Positions 18,934-28,755 are shown, numbered from the stretch's first letter. The stretch: 43,884 nt of DNA from a virus (IMGVR_UViG_3300032373_001161:1-43884); one strand, 5' to 3'. The notes: generated by a model from the sequence alone, not told the origin. Numbers and translations: made by a program.

Positions 18934-20241
18934 GTGAGCGCTCAAATCATCAACATCGGCGACAAGATCGAGATGGTCGCCACCGGCGATCTGTCCTGCC
19001 ACCCGGACAATCCGCGCCGGGGAGACGTGGATGCGATCCGCACCAGCATCAGCGCCAACGGATTTTACGGGGCTCTCGTGGTACAACGTTCCTCGGGCCA
19101 CATCCTCGCCGGCAATCATCGTTTCATGGCGGCGCAGGCGGAAGGCCTCGCCAAGGTTCCGGTTATCTACGTGGACGCCAGCGACGAGGATGCCAAGGCC
19201 ATCCTGGTCGGCGACAACCGACTGTCCGATCTGGCCGAGAACGATCCGGCGTTGCTTGCCGCCTTGCTTCAGGCAATCCAGGCCCGAGAGCAGGGACTGA
19301 CCGGCACCGGATATTCCGATGACGACCTTGCCGAACTGCTGGCGGCGGGGATGGATGGGGATGAAGGTCTTGCGGGCGAGGACGAGGTTCCAGAACCTCC
19401 CGTTACTCCTGTTTCCAAAGTCGGCGATTTGTGGCTCCTTGGCGACCATCGTCTGCTTTGCGGCGACAGCACCAACGCGGTTGACGTCAAACGCCTGATG
19501 GACGGCGAGCGCGCCATCCTGTTCGCCACCGACCCACCGTATCTGGTCGACTACGACGGCACCAATCATCCGGGCTCGAAGAGCAAGCCGGTGGCCGACA
19601 GCAAGAACAAGGACTGGTCGGAAACCTACGGCGTTACCTGGGATGACTCGCGGCAAGGGCCTGAGCTCTATCAAGGGTTCATCAAGGCGGCGATCGCCGA
19701 GGCCATTGAGCCCAATGCCGCCTGGTACTGCTGGCACGCCAGCCGCCGCCAGGCCATGGTCGAGGCCGTTTGGGTCGAGATGGGCGCCTTCGTGCACCAG
19801 CAAATCATCTGGTCCAAGGACCGGCCGATCCTGACCCGCTCACATTATCTCTGGCAGCACGAACCCTGCCTGTTCGGCTGGATCAAAGGCAAGAAACCGC
19901 CACGGGTGTCGGAGGATTATCTCGGCACCATCTGGCAGATTGCCTCGCTCGAAGGCGAGGATCGGCCCGACCATCCGACGCCGAAACCACTGGATTGCTT
20001 CGCCATTCCGATGCGCCAGCACGTCAAGAAAGGCGGCCTGTGTTACGAGCCGTTTAGCGGATCTGGTTCGCAGATTGTTGCCGGTGAAAGCACCGGGCGC
20101 CGGGTCTTCGCTATGGAGATCAGCCCGGCCTATGTGGACGTGGCGATCCTGCGCTGGCAGAAAGCAACCGGCAAGGAAGCAACGCTGGACGGTAACGGCA
20201 GGACGTTTGACGAAGTCGAAGAGGGGAGGATCGCGGCATGA
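18934..20241 (+). CDS. ParB-domain / DNA N6-adenine or N4-cytosine methyltransferase fusion
   Basis: N-terminal HPDNPR..ILAGNHR (ParB/Srx), HRLLCGDST, catalytic DPPY, HPTPKP, SAM-binding EPFSGSGS (beta order). GTG start inferred. Confidence 0.9.
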   Translation: MSAQIINIGDKIEMVATGDLSCHPDNPRRGDVDAIRTSISANGFYGALVVQRSSGHILAGNHRFMAAQAEGLAKVPVIYVDASDEDAKAILVGDNRLSDLAENDPALLAALLQAIQAREQGLTGTGYSDDDLAELLAAGMDGDEGLAGEDEVPEPPVTPVSKVGDLWLLGDHRLLCGDSTNAVDVKRLMDGERAILFATDPPYLVDYDGTNHPGSKSKPVADSKNKDWSETYGVTWDDSRQGPELYQGFIKAAIAEAIEPNAAWYCWHASRRQAMVEAVWVEMGAFVHQQIIWSKDRPILTRSHYLWQHEPCLFGWIKGKKPPRVSEDYLGTIWQIASLEGEDRPDHPTPKPLDCFAIPMRQHVKKGGLCYEPFSGSGSQIVAGESTGRRVFAMEISPAYVDVAILRWQKATGKEATLDGNGRTFDEVEEGRIAA

Positions 20242-20465
20242 GGCAGTCGAGGCGAATGTCGTTGGCGGAATCATTGACCAACGTGGCGGTAGGATACGGT
20301 ATCGCAGTCGCGACACAGATTGCGGTGTTTCCGCTGTTCGGCCTGGAGGTGCGGCTATCCGACAATCTTGCCATGGGAGCGATTTTCACGGGCGTGTCGA
20401 TTTTACGCAGCTATTCCCTGCGCCGGCTGTTCGAAGCAATCCGGGTTCGCAAGGTCTGGATGTGA
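20238..20465 (+). CDS. Small membrane protein, two predicted TM helices
   Basis: MRQSRRMSLAESLTNVAVGYGIAV..., two hydrophobic stretches; ATGA overlap. Confidence 0.72.
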   Translation: MRQSRRMSLAESLTNVAVGYGIAVATQIAVFPLFGLEVRLSDNLAMGAIFTGVSILRSYSLRRLFEAIRVRKVWM

Positions 20466-20467
20466 CA

Positions 20468-20492
20468 CCGCCGCCCATGGAAGGGGCGGCGG
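20468..20492. terminator. GC hairpin between convergent genes
   Basis: CCGCCGCCC-N7-GGGCGGCGG; no clear U-tract. Confidence 0.45.
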
Positions 20493-20512
20493 CATCGGGT
20501 TCCCGACCGAGT

Positions 20513-20734
20513 TCAATTATTGGGCTGGCCGAAATAGACGTGGATCATCCGCTGGATGGTGTCGTCGTTGGTCTCGCCCGGCAGTCGTTCGTCCAGGAGC
20601 CGTTCATGGACGTCGTCCTCGACCGGAACGAGCCAATCGCCGTCCGCCATGCGTTTCGCCGTCGAACGGAACGGCAGGATGGCGGCTTCGGCGATGGCGC
20701 GGTAGGTTGTCTCGCTGACTTTGATGGTTTTCAT
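20513..20734 (-). CDS. Small hypothetical protein, possibly ribbon-helix-helix/antitoxin-like
   Basis: MKTIKVSETTYRAI... beta-strand then helix pattern, echoed later (VPVEDDVHERL); start 20734 or 20752. Confidence 0.5.
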   Translation of the reverse strand: MKTIKVSETTYRAIAEAAILPFRSTAKRMADGDWLVPVEDDVHERLLDERLPGETNDDTIQRMIHVYFGQPNN

Positions 20735-20748
20735 GGGCCTGCTCCCGA

Positions 20749-21189
20749 TCAACCTGCGATCCGATAGACGCGGCCTTTTCCGTCGACCTTCTCCGAGGTG
20801 ACGTTCAGGCCCAGCTTCTTTTTGAGCGCGCCGGCGATAGCGCCCCGCGCCGTATGGCTTTGCCAGCCGGTGGCCTCGACGATCTGGGCGATGGTGGCGC
20901 CTTGCGCGCGGCGCAGCATGTCGATCACGAGGGCCTGTTTGGTCCCCTTGCGCTGTTTGCCGTTCGGCGATGACTTTTTGTTTGGATTGGCTCCGACAGC
21001 CAGCAAACCCTCATCCGTGGCGATCAACACATCGCCCTCGTAACGGGCGAGCCCGGCTGAGATAAGAGCGTCGGCGACTTTCTTGATGGCGCCGCCCTTG
21101 AGACGATCCGGCCATCGGATGGCGCGGTCTTCGTAACGGGCGGCGATTTTCAGAACCGACTGCTGGGTGGCGGAGAGCTTTGTGGTCAT
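20749..21189 (-). CDS. DUF3489-family protein
   Basis: RKGTKQALVIDMLRR..GATIAQIVEATGWQSHTARGAIAGALKKKLGL..RVYRI; AGGAGG RBS before ATG 21189. Confidence 0.85.
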   Translation of the reverse strand: MTTKLSATQQSVLKIAARYEDRAIRWPDRLKGGAIKKVADALISAGLARYEGDVLIATDEGLLAVGANPNKKSSPNGKQRKGTKQALVIDMLRRAQGATIAQIVEATGWQSHTARGAIAGALKKKLGLNVTSEKVDGKGRVYRIAG

Positions 21190-21295
21190 GGTGGTTTCCT
21201 CCTGGTGGATCGGAGGCGCGGCCATCGCGCCTCTGCTACCACCCGGAGCCCCGCCGGGCTGAGCCGGTCGGGGTGGTGCGGGGGAGGCGCCCGTC

Positions 21296-21505
21296 TTATT
21301 CTGCGTGTTCGCCCTCTTGGAAGGCGGAGTCGGTGATGCGCTTCAGTAGCTCGACGTAGTGCTCCAGGGTGCCCACGTGGCCCCAGTTGATCTCGTCCGG
21401 GCTCCAGTTGAAGTGATCGCCGCTCAATTCCTGGAGACGGGCGAGCATGGCGTCGATCTGGCCCTTCTTGGCGATGAAGGCGTCGAGTGCTGATCCGTTT
21501 TTCAT
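21296..21505 (-). CDS. Small hypothetical phage protein (69 aa)
   Basis: MKNGSALDAFIAKKGQIDAMLARLQELSGDHF..PDEINWGHVG; GGAGG RBS; corresponds to the C-terminal part of listed ORF 21296..22333. Confidence 0.75.
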   Translation of the reverse strand: MKNGSALDAFIAKKGQIDAMLARLQELSGDHFNWSPDEINWGHVGTLEHYVELLKRITDSAFQEGEHAE

Positions 21506-21598
21506 GGCGTCCTCCGTTGGTTGGCGTGCGTCCATACACGCTCCACGGGCTCGGAACATCAAGTCTAATCGACTGTAATTACATGATAATTTGATGCC

Positions 21599-22177
21599 AT
21601 GTCCGACAACACCCAGCCCATCACGGTGATTGCCAGCCTGCTCGACATCTCCGAGCGCCGGGTACAGCAGCTGTCCCGGGCAGGGGTGATTCCGAAGGCG
21701 GCGCGGGGCCGTTACGAACTGATTGGTTCGGTCCGAGGCTACATCCGCCATCTGCGTGATCTGAACATCAAAGGCGAGAGAGGGACCGCTGATTACGGCA
21801 CCGAGCGCGCCCGCCTGGTGAAGGCCAAGGCCGACCTGGCGGAGATGGAAGCTTCCCAGATGCGTGGCGATCTGCTTCCCGCGCCTGACGTAACGGCGGC
21901 CTGGACGGAGATCGTGGCGCTGATGCGCGCACGGCTGCTGGTGCTGCCCGACAAGATCGCACCGGTGGTTCATGAAACGACAAGCCTCAACCAAGCAAGG
22001 GACGTCATCAAAAAGGCGGTCTACGAAATCCTCACGGAAATCGCCGCCACGGACGTCGAGATCACGCCTCGCTCTGACGGGGACGCCGGCGTTGAAGAAA
22101 GCGGTGACGACGGCGTGCAAGGTGGCGGCTCCGCCCCCGGACCTGACGGTAAGCCAGTGGGCGGACTGGAACCGTAG
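21599..22177 (+). CDS. Terminase small subunit (Nu1-like)
   Basis: N-terminal wHTH (IASLLDISERRVQQL), coiled coil ERARLVKAKADLAEME..RGDL; overlaps the large subunit as in lambda. Confidence 0.88.
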   Translation: MSDNTQPITVIASLLDISERRVQQLSRAGVIPKAARGRYELIGSVRGYIRHLRDLNIKGERGTADYGTERARLVKAKADLAEMEASQMRGDLLPAPDVTAAWTEIVALMRARLLVLPDKIAPVVHETTSLNQARDVIKKAVYEILTEIAATDVEITPRSDGDAGVEESGDDGVQGGGSAPGPDGKPVGGLEP

Positions 22178-23996
22178 GCTCAGTTCGGAGGCCAGCGCCG
22201 AGCCCGGACGGTGGGTGACGGACCGCGCCGAGTACCAGCGCGGCATCATGGACGCCATTTCCGACCCCACCGTGGAAACCGTGGTGGTCAAGACGTCGGC
22301 CCAGGTCGGCAAGACCGAGTGCATTCTTAACACCGTCGGCTACCACATCGACCAGGACCCGTCGCCGATCATGGTGGTGATGCCTACCGAGCGGGACGCC
22401 GAGACCTGGTCCAAGGACCGCTTCGCCCCCATGGCGCGGGACACGCCGTGTTTGCGGGGCAAGCTGTCGAACCCGAAGTCGCGGGACGGATCGAACAAGA
22501 TCCTGCACAAGAAATTCGCGGGCGGGCACCTGACCATCGTCGGCGCCAACGCGCCCTCTGGTCTGGCCATGCGCCCGATCCGCATCCTGCTGTGTGACGA
22601 GGTGGACCGTTACCCGGCCAGTGCCGGCGCCGAAGGCGATCCGGTCAACCTGGCCAAGAAACGTACCGTCACCTTCTGGAACCGCAAGATGGTGATGGTC
22701 TCGACCCCCACCATCAAGGGGGTGAGCCGGATCGATGCGGCGTGGGAGGAAAGCGACAAACGACGGTTCTGGGTTCCCTGTCCCGACTGCAGCGAACATC
22801 AGGTTTTGCACTGGGAGCAAGTCCGCTGGGACAAGGACGAGGCCGGCAAGCATCTGTCGGAGACCGCCCATTATGTTTGCGAACACTGCGGCTCGATTTG
22901 GAAGGACGCCACGCGGGGTGCGGCGGTTCGCTTGGGCGAATGGCGGGCGGAAAACCCGTTCACCGGGATTGCCGGGTTTCATCTGAACGAGATCTACTCG
23001 CCCTGGGTCAAGCTGGAGGAAATGGTTCGCACCTTCCTCTCGGCCAAAGAGCACGGTGAGGAGGCCATGAAGACTTTCGTCAACACCTCGTTGGGGGAAG
23101 TCTTCGAAATCCGGGGCGAGGCTCCGGAGTGGGAGCGCATCTACAACCGCCGTGAGGAATACCCCATCGGCACGGTGCCGGAGGGCGGGTTGTTTTTGAC
23201 CGCTGGCGCCGACGTGCAGCGCGACCGCATCGAAGTCGAGGTGGTGGCCTGGGGCCGTCACCGGGAAAGCTGGTCGGTCGATTATCGGGTTCTCCATGGC
23301 GATCCGGCCAAGGCCGGCGTCTGGAACAAGCTGGGCGCGATGCTGGAGGAACGGTTTCCGCATGCGGGGACCGGAGCCGGCATGGTCATCGAGCGCATGG
23401 CCGTCGATTCCGGCTACGCCACCCAGGAAGTTTACGCCTGGTCGCGGACGGCCCCGTTGGGGCGGGTGATGCCGATCAAGGGCGTCGACAAGAGTCGGTT
23501 TCCGATCCAGGGGCCGAGCGACGTCGAGGTCAGGATCGGCAAGCGCAAACGCAAGCGTGGAGCCAAGCTGTGGACGGTTTGCGGGCCGGTGTTCAAGGCC
23601 GAGCTTTACGGCGACCTGCGCAAGGATCCGCCGGAAGATGAGGAAGAATTTCCACCGGGATATTGTCATTTTCCCCGGTACGACCCGGAGTATTTCAAGC
23701 AGCTGACCGCCGAACAGGCCGTCACCCGGGTCAAGAAGAACGGTTTCGCCTTCATCGAATGGCAGAAGACGCGGGAGCGCAACGAGGCGCTCGACTGCCG
23801 CACATACGCCCGCGCGGCAGCCGAGTACGACCTGGTTCGCCTGACCGAGCGCGTGGCGCGGAACAAGGAACGCAAGCTGGAGGAAATCACGGTGGCGGAG
23901 ACGGACGTGGAACCCGAGGCCTCCGAGCCATCGGAAGAGCCCGGCGCGGGTTCCCGCTGGGCGGAACCGGTCCTGTCCGATGACCCTTGGCTTTGA
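21972..23996 (+). CDS. Terminase large subunit (lambda GpA family)
   Basis: SAQVGKT Walker A, LLCDEVDRY Walker B, STPT, GADVQ, RNEALDC. True start may be about 100 bp downstream. Confidence 0.95.
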   Translation: MKRQASTKQGTSSKRRSTKSSRKSPPRTSRSRLALTGTPALKKAVTTACKVAAPPPDLTVSQWADWNRRLSSEASAEPGRWVTDRAEYQRGIMDAISDPTVETVVVKTSAQVGKTECILNTVGYHIDQDPSPIMVVMPTERDAETWSKDRFAPMARDTPCLRGKLSNPKSRDGSNKILHKKFAGGHLTIVGANAPSGLAMRPIRILLCDEVDRYPASAGAEGDPVNLAKKRTVTFWNRKMVMVSTPTIKGVSRIDAAWEESDKRRFWVPCPDCSEHQVLHWEQVRWDKDEAGKHLSETAHYVCEHCGSIWKDATRGAAVRLGEWRAENPFTGIAGFHLNEIYSPWVKLEEMVRTFLSAKEHGEEAMKTFVNTSLGEVFEIRGEAPEWERIYNRREEYPIGTVPEGGLFLTAGADVQRDRIEVEVVAWGRHRESWSVDYRVLHGDPAKAGVWNKLGAMLEERFPHAGTGAGMVIERMAVDSGYATQEVYAWSRTAPLGRVMPIKGVDKSRFPIQGPSDVEVRIGKRKRKRGAKLWTVCGPVFKAELYGDLRKDPPEDEEEFPPGYCHFPRYDPEYFKQLTAEQAVTRVKKNGFAFIEWQKTRERNEALDCRTYARAAAEYDLVRLTERVARNKERKLEEITVAETDVEPEASEPSEEPGAGSRWAEPVLSDDPWL

Positions 23997-24035
23997 TTGG
24001 GGCTTTGATTGCGGCTCAAAACGGGGTTTTGAACG

Positions 24036-24263
24036 ATGACCGATCTGACCACATTGGAAACCCGGCTGACGGAGGCGGAAGCCGCCCTGCACCTGCTGGC
24101 CACGGGCGGCCAGCGCCAGACCGTGGATATCGGCGCCGGGGGGCGCGTCACCTACACGGCGGCCAACGTGGCCGACCTGCATCGTTATATCGCCGATCTC
24201 AAGAACCGGGTCGCCAAGCTCAAGGGACTACCCAGACGGGCTCCCATCTACATGGAATTTTAG
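24036..24263 (+). CDS. gpW-like head-tail joining protein
   Basis: AEAALHLLATG...VTYTAANVADLHRYIADLK; located between terminase and portal. Confidence 0.85.
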   Translation: MTDLTTLETRLTEAEAALHLLATGGQRQTVDIGAGGRVTYTAANVADLHRYIADLKNRVAKLKGLPRRAPIYMEF

Positions 24264-25799
24264 ATGCTTCACTATCTGCGTTCCTTCATCTCGCGGCCAA
24301 AAGCCGAGGCGGGAGCCCATCATGGCGCCTCATTGAGCGACCGGGAAACGGCCTCCTGGCTACCGTCGTTCGGCTCGGCGGATACGGATCTGCTGGACGA
24401 CCTGCCGCTGCTGCGCGCCCGCAACCGGGATCTCGCCATCAACAACGGCATCGCCTCGGGCGCGATCCAGACCATTACCGACAACGTGGTCGGCACCGGG
24501 TTTCGGCTGTCGGCCAAGCCCGATTACAGGGCTCTGGGTCGTGACAAAGCCTGGGCCGACGACTGGAGCAACCAAGTTGAGGCCTTGTGGCGAACCTGGG
24601 CCGAAGGAACGGACTGCGATGCCGGGCGGACGCTCAACTTCGCCGGCCTCACCCAGTTGGTGTTTCGCTCGGGGCTCCTGAACGGGGAAGCCCTGGCGCT
24701 GCCGTTGTGGTTGCCAGGTAACGGACCGTTCGCCACCCGCGTTCAGGTGATTGAGGCCGACCGGTTGTCGACGCCGCCGCACCGGAGTGATGGAAAGGGA
24801 ATGCGCGCCGGGATCGAGATTGATGCCTACGGCGCTCCGCTGGCCTATTGGATCAGGAAGAGCCATCCCGGCGATCATTTTGCCTGGATGGCCACCGTCG
24901 ACGACTGGCAGCGGGTTCCCGCTTTTACGCCCTGGGGCCGGCATCGGGTCATTCATGTCCACGATAAGGAACGTACTGGCCAGAGCCGGGGCAAGCCTCT
25001 GTTCTCGGCGGTGATGAAGCAGTTCCGCATGTTGGACAAATATCAGAGCAGCGAACTGCAGGCGGCCGTCATCAACGCCATGATCGCCGCCTTCATCGAA
25101 ACGCCGATGGACCAGGACAGCATCGTCGAGATGGTCGGCGGCGACACCGATCAATATCTGCAGGACCGCAACGCCTATATCAAGAACCGCGTCCGGCTCA
25201 AGGGCGGGGCGGTGATGCCGCTCTATCCGGGCGACAAGCTGTCGTCCTTCGCGCCATCACGTCCGGCGGACGGTTTTGCGCCCTTTGTCGAGGCCATGTC
25301 GCGGCATGTGGCGGCGGCGCTGCACATGCCCTACGAGCTTCTGCTTAAGGATTTCAGCAAGACCAATTACTCCAGCGCCCGGGCGGCGCTGCTGGAAGCC
25401 TGGCGGTTCTTCAACGGTCGTAGGCAATGGTTGTCGGCCCACTGGACACAGCCCGTCTTTGAACTCTGGCTCGAAGAGGCGGTGGACGCAGGGATGATCG
25501 ATGCCCCGGATTTCCATGAGCGCCGCCGCGCCTATACCCGGTCCCGCTGGATTGGGTCGGGACGGGGTTGGGTCGACCCGGTCAAGGAAGCGAAGGCTGC
25601 TCAGACCCGCATGGATATCGGGGTCTCGACCCTGGAGAACGAATGCGCCGAGCAGGGCCTCGACTGGGAAGAGGTGCTGGAGCAGCGGGCGCGGGAGCGC
25701 GAACGCATGGCGGAACTCGGCCTCTTGGACGCGGCGAATGTCGTGGCCGGGCAGCTGTTTGTCGAAGATCCGACCAATCTTGAGGACGCAAAATCATGA
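24264..25799 (+). CDS. Portal protein, lambda family
   Basis: RARNRDL..NN, VIEADRL, GQSRG.P, NYSSARAALLE, WVDPVKE. Confidence 0.95.
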   Translation: MLHYLRSFISRPKAEAGAHHGASLSDRETASWLPSFGSADTDLLDDLPLLRARNRDLAINNGIASGAIQTITDNVVGTGFRLSAKPDYRALGRDKAWADDWSNQVEALWRTWAEGTDCDAGRTLNFAGLTQLVFRSGLLNGEALALPLWLPGNGPFATRVQVIEADRLSTPPHRSDGKGMRAGIEIDAYGAPLAYWIRKSHPGDHFAWMATVDDWQRVPAFTPWGRHRVIHVHDKERTGQSRGKPLFSAVMKQFRMLDKYQSSELQAAVINAMIAAFIETPMDQDSIVEMVGGDTDQYLQDRNAYIKNRVRLKGGAVMPLYPGDKLSSFAPSRPADGFAPFVEAMSRHVAAALHMPYELLLKDFSKTNYSSARAALLEAWRFFNGRRQWLSAHWTQPVFELWLEEAVDAGMIDAPDFHERRRAYTRSRWIGSGRGWVDPVKEAKAAQTRMDIGVSTLENECAEQGLDWEEVLEQRARERERMAELGLLDAANVVAGQLFVEDPTNLEDAKS

Positions 25800-27112
25800 A
25801 ATATCCCCGTCTCTGGTCGCGGCTCTACAACACGCCGTTGGCCATCGGGTTCGACAAGCTGCGCGTCATCGAAGGGGTGTTTAGAAAGCATCTCGATGAG
25901 CCCCTGGCCGCCTTAACCCGACCGCCATCGAAAGGCCGGGCATCCTATGCCCTTTCCGACGGCGGCGTCGCGGTCATTCCGGTCCAAGGCACCCTGGTGC
26001 AGAGGTCCAGCGGTCTGGATGCGGAAAGCGGGCTGACCAGTTACGCCCGTATCGGTGCCGAGATGCGCGATGCCCTGGCCAACGCCGAAGTCCGCGCCAT
26101 CCTGATGGAGATCGACAGCCCGGGTGGCGAAGTGGCGGGCCTGTTCGACCTCGCGGACGCCATTTATCAGGCCCGGGAGGTCAAGCCGGTCTGGGCCATC
26201 GCCAACGAGAACGCCTATTCGGCGGCCTATGCCATCGCGTCCGCCGCCGAGCGGATCGTGTTGCCGCGCTCCGCTGGTGTTGGCTCCATCGGCGTGGTCG
26301 CCATGCATATGGACCAGAGCGCCAAGGACGCCAAGCAAGGTTACGTCTACACGCCGGTGTTCGCGGGTGATCGCAAGATCGACGGCAGTGAGCATTTCCC
26401 GCTGAGCGACGAGGCGAGGAACTCCCTCCAGGCGGAGGTGGACCGGCTTTATGGCCTGTTCGTTTCCACGGTGGCGCGCAACCGAAACATCAACCCTGAC
26501 GCCGTCCGCGCCACCGAGGCCGGATGGCTCAATCCCGGGGAGGCTGTCGCCGGCGGTTTCGCCGACGGCATCGCGACCTTCGCCGACACCCTGGCGGAAC
26601 TGGAACGGCGGGCGGCCCCGCCGAATGGAATCGTGGACGCGCGGGCCGCCGTGCGCCGAGTTTCAACCACGAGGAAAAGACAGATGGATGATCTGGAAAA
26701 TGCGGTGGCGGAAGCCTCCGATGAGACCCCCGATAAAAACCATGACACGCCGGTCGCCGACGCGCGGCCCGTGAACGAAGACGCCCTGCGCGAAGAAGGT
26801 CGCCAGCAAGGAAAAACGGCGGAGCGCGAACGCATTGCCGCCATTCTGGCCGCCCCCGAAGCCGATGGACGCGCCGACCTGGCCCGTTCCCTGGCGACGG
26901 AAACCGACCTGGATGCGGAGGCTGCGATCCGGGTGCTGTCGTCCGCGCCCGAACAGTCGAAGGGCGGAGCGGCACTGAGCGCGGCCATGGCGAACGTCCG
27001 GAACCCGGTCGTCGGGGCCGACGACCCGGAAACGCAAGAAGACGCCGATATCAAAGCCATGACGGCCCGGGCGCTGTCTTCCCTTGGCCATAACATCAAG
27101 AAAGGAGTCTGA
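25796..27112 (+). CDS. S49 prohead protease (gpC-like) with C-terminal scaffold region
   Basis: IDSPGGEV, AYSAAYAIAS, VGSIGV; low-complexity C-terminus containing ERERIAAIL. Confidence 0.92.
   Translation: MKYPRLWSRLYNTPLAIGFDKLRVIEGVFRKHLDEPLAALTRPPSKGRASYALSDGGVAVIPVQGTLVQRSSGLDAESGLTSYARIGAEMRDALANAEVRAILMEIDSPGGEVAGLFDLADAIYQAREVKPVWAIANENAYSAAYAIASAAERIVLPRSAGVGSIGVVAMHMDQSAKDAKQGYVYTPVFAGDRKIDGSEHFPLSDEARNSLQAEVDRLYGLFVSTVARNRNINPDAVRATEAGWLNPGEAVAGGFADGIATFADTLAELERRAAPPNGIVDARAAVRRVSTTRKRQMDDLENAVAEASDETPDKNHDTPVADARPVNEDALREEGRQQGKTAERERIAAILAAPEADGRADLARSLATETDLDAEAAIRVLSSAPEQSKGGAALSAAMANVRNPVVGADDPETQEDADIKAMTARALSSLGHNIKKGV
26684..27112 (+). CDS. Nested in-frame scaffold protein (Nu3-like)
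   Basis: In-frame ATG at 26684 preceded by GAGGA; same arrangement as lambda C/Nu3. Confidence 0.6.
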   Translation: MDDLENAVAEASDETPDKNHDTPVADARPVNEDALREEGRQQGKTAERERIAAILAAPEADGRADLARSLATETDLDAEAAIRVLSSAPEQSKGGAALSAAMANVRNPVVGADDPETQEDADIKAMTARALSSLGHNIKKGV

Positions 27113-27114
27113 TC

Positions 27115-27495
27115 ATGGCGCTACGAGATCCCAATTTCGGCAATGTCGATGCCTTCACCCAAGAGAACCTCATTGCCGGCGATTTTCCCCGTCACACCGA
27201 TACCGTGACCATCGCCGCCGGCGAGACCTTGGGCCTCGGCGCGGTGCTGGGCGAGATTACGGCCACGGGCGAGTTCAGGCTCTCGGTCGCCGCCGCCACC
27301 GACGGCTCCGAGGTGCCCATCGCCGTCCTCCAGGCCGACGTCGACGCCAGCGCCGCAGCCACCAAGGCCGCTGTCTGGTTCACCGGCTGCTTTAACGAGG
27401 ACGCCCTCGTCTTCGGGGCCGGCCACGACAAGACCACCGCCAAGCCGGGACTCAGGTCCCGGAGCATTTTCCTCAAACCTGTTGTGGGAGCTTAA
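27115..27495 (+). CDS. Head decoration protein (gpD-like)
   Basis: GAVLGEIT..DGSEVPIAVL..G.FNEDAL; located between protease and capsid. Confidence 0.88.
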   Translation: MALRDPNFGNVDAFTQENLIAGDFPRHTDTVTIAAGETLGLGAVLGEITATGEFRLSVAAATDGSEVPIAVLQADVDASAAATKAAVWFTGCFNEDALVFGAGHDKTTAKPGLRSRSIFLKPVVGA

Positions 27496-27499
27496 TACC

Positions 27500-28540
27500 A
27501 TGCCGATCAACGCTTATGACACGGGCCGGTTGGAGCGCGTTATCGAAGGAATCGTCGCCTCCAACGCCGAGCCGGTCCAGTTCCTGGCCCGGACCTTCTT
27601 CTCCACCGTATCGCGGTCCGACACGGAGGAGATTTTCTTCGACGTGGTCGACGGCAAGCCGCGCATCACCCCCTTCGTCTCGCCCCTGGTGGAAGGCAAG
27701 GTGGTGGCCCAGCGCGGTTACGAGACCAAGAGCTTCAAGCCCGCCTACCTCAAGGAAAAGCGGGTGGTCCGTCCCCAGCAGGGGCTCAAGCGCCGGCCGG
27801 GCGAGCCGATCATGGGCGCCATGTCGCCCGAGTCCCGCATTCAGGCCGCCGTCGCCGACAACCTGGCCGACATGCTCAAGATGCTGAACCGCCGCTTCGA
27901 GGTCATGGCGACGGAGGTGCTTAAAACCGGCAAGCAGGTGGTCTCCGGAGAAGGCTACGCCACCCAGGTGGTGGACTTCCAGCGCGACCCGACCCACACG
28001 GTGGCGCTCACCGGCGCTGCCCGCTGGGGTCAGGCAGGGGTCAGTCCCCTGGCCGATCTCCGCGCCTGGGCGATCACGGTGCGGACTAATTCGGGCCTCA
28101 GCCCGCGCACGGTGATCATGGAGGACAGCGCCTTCGAGGAGTTCCTCAAGGATGCGGACGTCAAGACCCTGTTCGATGTCCGGCGGGGCACCTCGATCGG
28201 GCTCTCGCTCGATCCCATCGTCGCCGACGAGAAGGCCGTCTATCGCGGCAACATCGGCAGTTTCGACATCTGGACCTACAACGACGTCTACGTGGACGAC
28301 GACGGCGTCGACCAGACGCTGCTGCCGACCGGCACTGTTTTGCTGGTCGCTCGCGAAGGTCTGGAAGGGGTACGCCACCACGGGGCCATCCTCGACGAGG
28401 CGGCGGGCATCCGCCCAGTCGAGTACTTCGTCAAATCCTGGTCCGAGAACGACCCGCCGGTGCGTTACATGCTGCTGCAGTCCTCGGCCCTGGTGGTACC
28501 CTATCGGGCCAACGCCAGCTTCTGCGCAACCGTATTGTAA
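27500..28540 (+). CDS. Major capsid protein (gpE family)
   Basis: ITPFVSP.VEGK, FKPAYLKEK, W...DP....LLQS; GGAG RBS before ATG 27500. Confidence 0.93.
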   Translation: MPINAYDTGRLERVIEGIVASNAEPVQFLARTFFSTVSRSDTEEIFFDVVDGKPRITPFVSPLVEGKVVAQRGYETKSFKPAYLKEKRVVRPQQGLKRRPGEPIMGAMSPESRIQAAVADNLADMLKMLNRRFEVMATEVLKTGKQVVSGEGYATQVVDFQRDPTHTVALTGAARWGQAGVSPLADLRAWAITVRTNSGLSPRTVIMEDSAFEEFLKDADVKTLFDVRRGTSIGLSLDPIVADEKAVYRGNIGSFDIWTYNDVYVDDDGVDQTLLPTGTVLLVAREGLEGVRHHGAILDEAAGIRPVEYFVKSWSENDPPVRYMLLQSSALVVPYRANASFCATVL

Positions 28541-28551
28541 GGAGCACGGTC

Positions 28552-28755
28552 ATGAAACTGAAAGCCAACGTCATGGTCGTCGCCGGGAAGAAGACCCATT
28601 CGCCCGGCGAGACCTTCGAGATCAACGAGGACGAGGGCCTGAGCCTCGTCGAGCGCAAGCTGGCCACGTTGGTCGAGGAGCAACCGGCAAAGAAAGGCGG
28701 CCAAAAAACAGGCATGTCCAAGCCTGACGCGGACGCGCCGAGCCAGGACGAATGA
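28552..28755 (+). CDS. Small head-associated protein (gpFI position)
   Basis: AAGGAG RBS; PGETFEI...LVERKLA; follows the capsid gene. Confidence 0.6.
   Translation: MKLKANVMVVAGKKTHSPGETFEINEDEGLSLVERKLATLVEEQPAKKGGQKTGMSKPDADAPSQDE

Noticed and set aside
23989-24011. GGCTTTGATTG duplicated at the terminase stop
   Set aside because: A single short tandem duplication in a spacer with no evident function.
22062-24182. 706-aa antisense ORF (similarly 14672-16159, 38598-39986, 36726-37961, 11995-13059)
   Set aside because: Shadow ORFs opposite well-supported genes in GC-rich DNA; no motifs or RBS.
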